In this document: positions 63,112-64,000 of the stretch, piece by piece
How the letters are laid out: each line of letters starts with the position of its first letter
How positions within the stretch are numbered: position 1 is the first letter of the stretch
Assembly: GCA_965645245.1 (NCBI GenBank)
Contig: OZ287070.1
Coordinates: 682,001-746,000 of the forward strand
Direction of reading: 5' to 3'
From: Massalongia carnosa
Lineage: Eukaryota
DNA length: 64,000 nucleotides
The notes under the pieces: generated by a model
Database searches by the model: none
What the model was told of the DNA's origin: nothing
What the model saw: the letters and a program-made list of their open reading frames with translations, nothing else
Position numbers and translations under genes: made by a program

Positions 63112-63993
63112 TCAATCCGTCTTGGCTTCTTCATCCAGTATGCTACCCTCAATCCTCATGAAGGCCTTCTCTCGGTCCGATGTCCTTGAGCTTTCTACGT
63201 TTATGACCCTGAACTGGATTAAGCCCTCAACCTTATGTCCATCTTTGTCAGCAAAGTAGCCTTGCTCCGCATCGCCGCTGTTAGGTTGATTTTTCTCTCC
63301 TTCTTCGTGATCTGGGTCCTCCAGCATCCTATCTCCTTTATGCTTCCTCGGTTTCCGATAGCTTCCATGAACCCACCTCCAGTTTTTTGGTAGCCTGCTT
63401 CTTTCAATGCTCACATTAAAGAAATTCCAGCATACCAAGCCTAGGTTCCCTTCGCTTTGCAGATTGATCCATCCCTCGAGCCTATTATTTTTTCGCGGTC
63501 TGAAAATACAAAAAACGGCTGTAACCCACACGAAGCTGACCGCATATTCATCGACCGACTTTGCGAGTATGGGACCTGTCTTTTCGGCACTAGAGTGATT
63601 TTGGGGAGATCTAGAAAGCCGAGGATTGGTATACGATAATATGACTCCATGAAAGGGTGGGTAGTAGGTAAGGATCAACGGTGAAAGATGTTCTGCACAA
63701 AGCCCCTGAATGGGATGTTGGTAGGATATTGGCGAAAGCGGGAGAAATAGAGAATAGGATTTCTCATAGAACGGGGATTCGTCAACCGATTCTCGCCGGA
63801 ATTCAGAGGCAACCTTTGCCTTCGTATTCCTCAAATGGCCTACCGAGCGGTGCTTTTTAGCAGTTTTTAGAGATTCGGCATCTTCATAGGTATCTCGCTT
63901 GCGCTTTCTGTCCTTCTTTGCGACATCATTCTCTTCTATCTTCTTGTGCTTCTTCTGGATTGAAGGCTGTAAGATTTCTGGATCTTGAGACAT
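63112..63993 (-). CDS. RPA43: RNA polymerase I subunit A43
   Basis: SPFYEKSYSLFLPLSPI...CAEHLSPLILTYYPPFHGVILSY...FVWVTA...LEGWINLQSEGNLGLVCWNFFNVSIER. Confidence 0.88.
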   Translation of the reverse strand: MSQDPEILQPSIQKKHKKIEENDVAKKDRKRKRDTYEDAESLKTAKKHRSVGHLRNTKAKVASEFRRESVDESPFYEKSYSLFLPLSPISYQHPIQGLCAEHLSPLILTYYPPFHGVILSYTNPRLSRSPQNHSSAEKTGPILAKSVDEYAVSFVWVTAVFCIFRPRKNNRLEGWINLQSEGNLGLVCWNFFNVSIERSRLPKNWRWVHGSYRKPRKHKGDRMLEDPDHEEGEKNQPNSGDAEQGYFADKDGHKVEGLIQFRVINVESSRTSDREKAFMRIEGSILDEEAKTD

Positions 63994-64000
63994 GTTATAT

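Overview
Gene-dense, intron-rich nuclear DNA from a filamentous ascomycete (Pezizomycotina). A lichen-forming Lecanoromycete is plausible but cannot be shown from this window. I can support about 21 protein-coding genes: Ran/GSP1, Nas2, a RhoGEF, Rtc3, a Tfb6-like protein, DMC1, a Gis2/CNBP zinc-knuckle protein, a PPIL4-type RRM protein, a Zn2Cys6 factor, RPS24, an EFM3-like methyltransferase, VMA10, PET117, a Tgl2-like lipase, UAP1/QRI1, an AIF-like oxidoreductase, an alpha-arrestin, a coilin-like protein, RPA43, a secreted mucin/PAN-apple protein and two conserved hypotheticals. There is also one complete, very young Ty1/Copia LTR retrotransposon (9037-14423). No rRNA, tRNA or CRISPR was seen. 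The most notable observations are: a 2-nt microexon needed to build the lipase catalytic motif; a PPIL4/Rct1 homologue lacking its cyclophilin domain next to an AT-rich decayed block; a Ty5/copia-type half-tRNA(iMet) primer site in an intact element; a 17-exon DMC1 with two GC-AG introns; a four-PAN-domain mucin-like secreted protein; a candidate fungal coilin; and a dispersed TACGGAGTA motif. I found no clearly new multi-gene system. Exon boundaries were read by eye and family calls rest on recalled motifs, not database searches.
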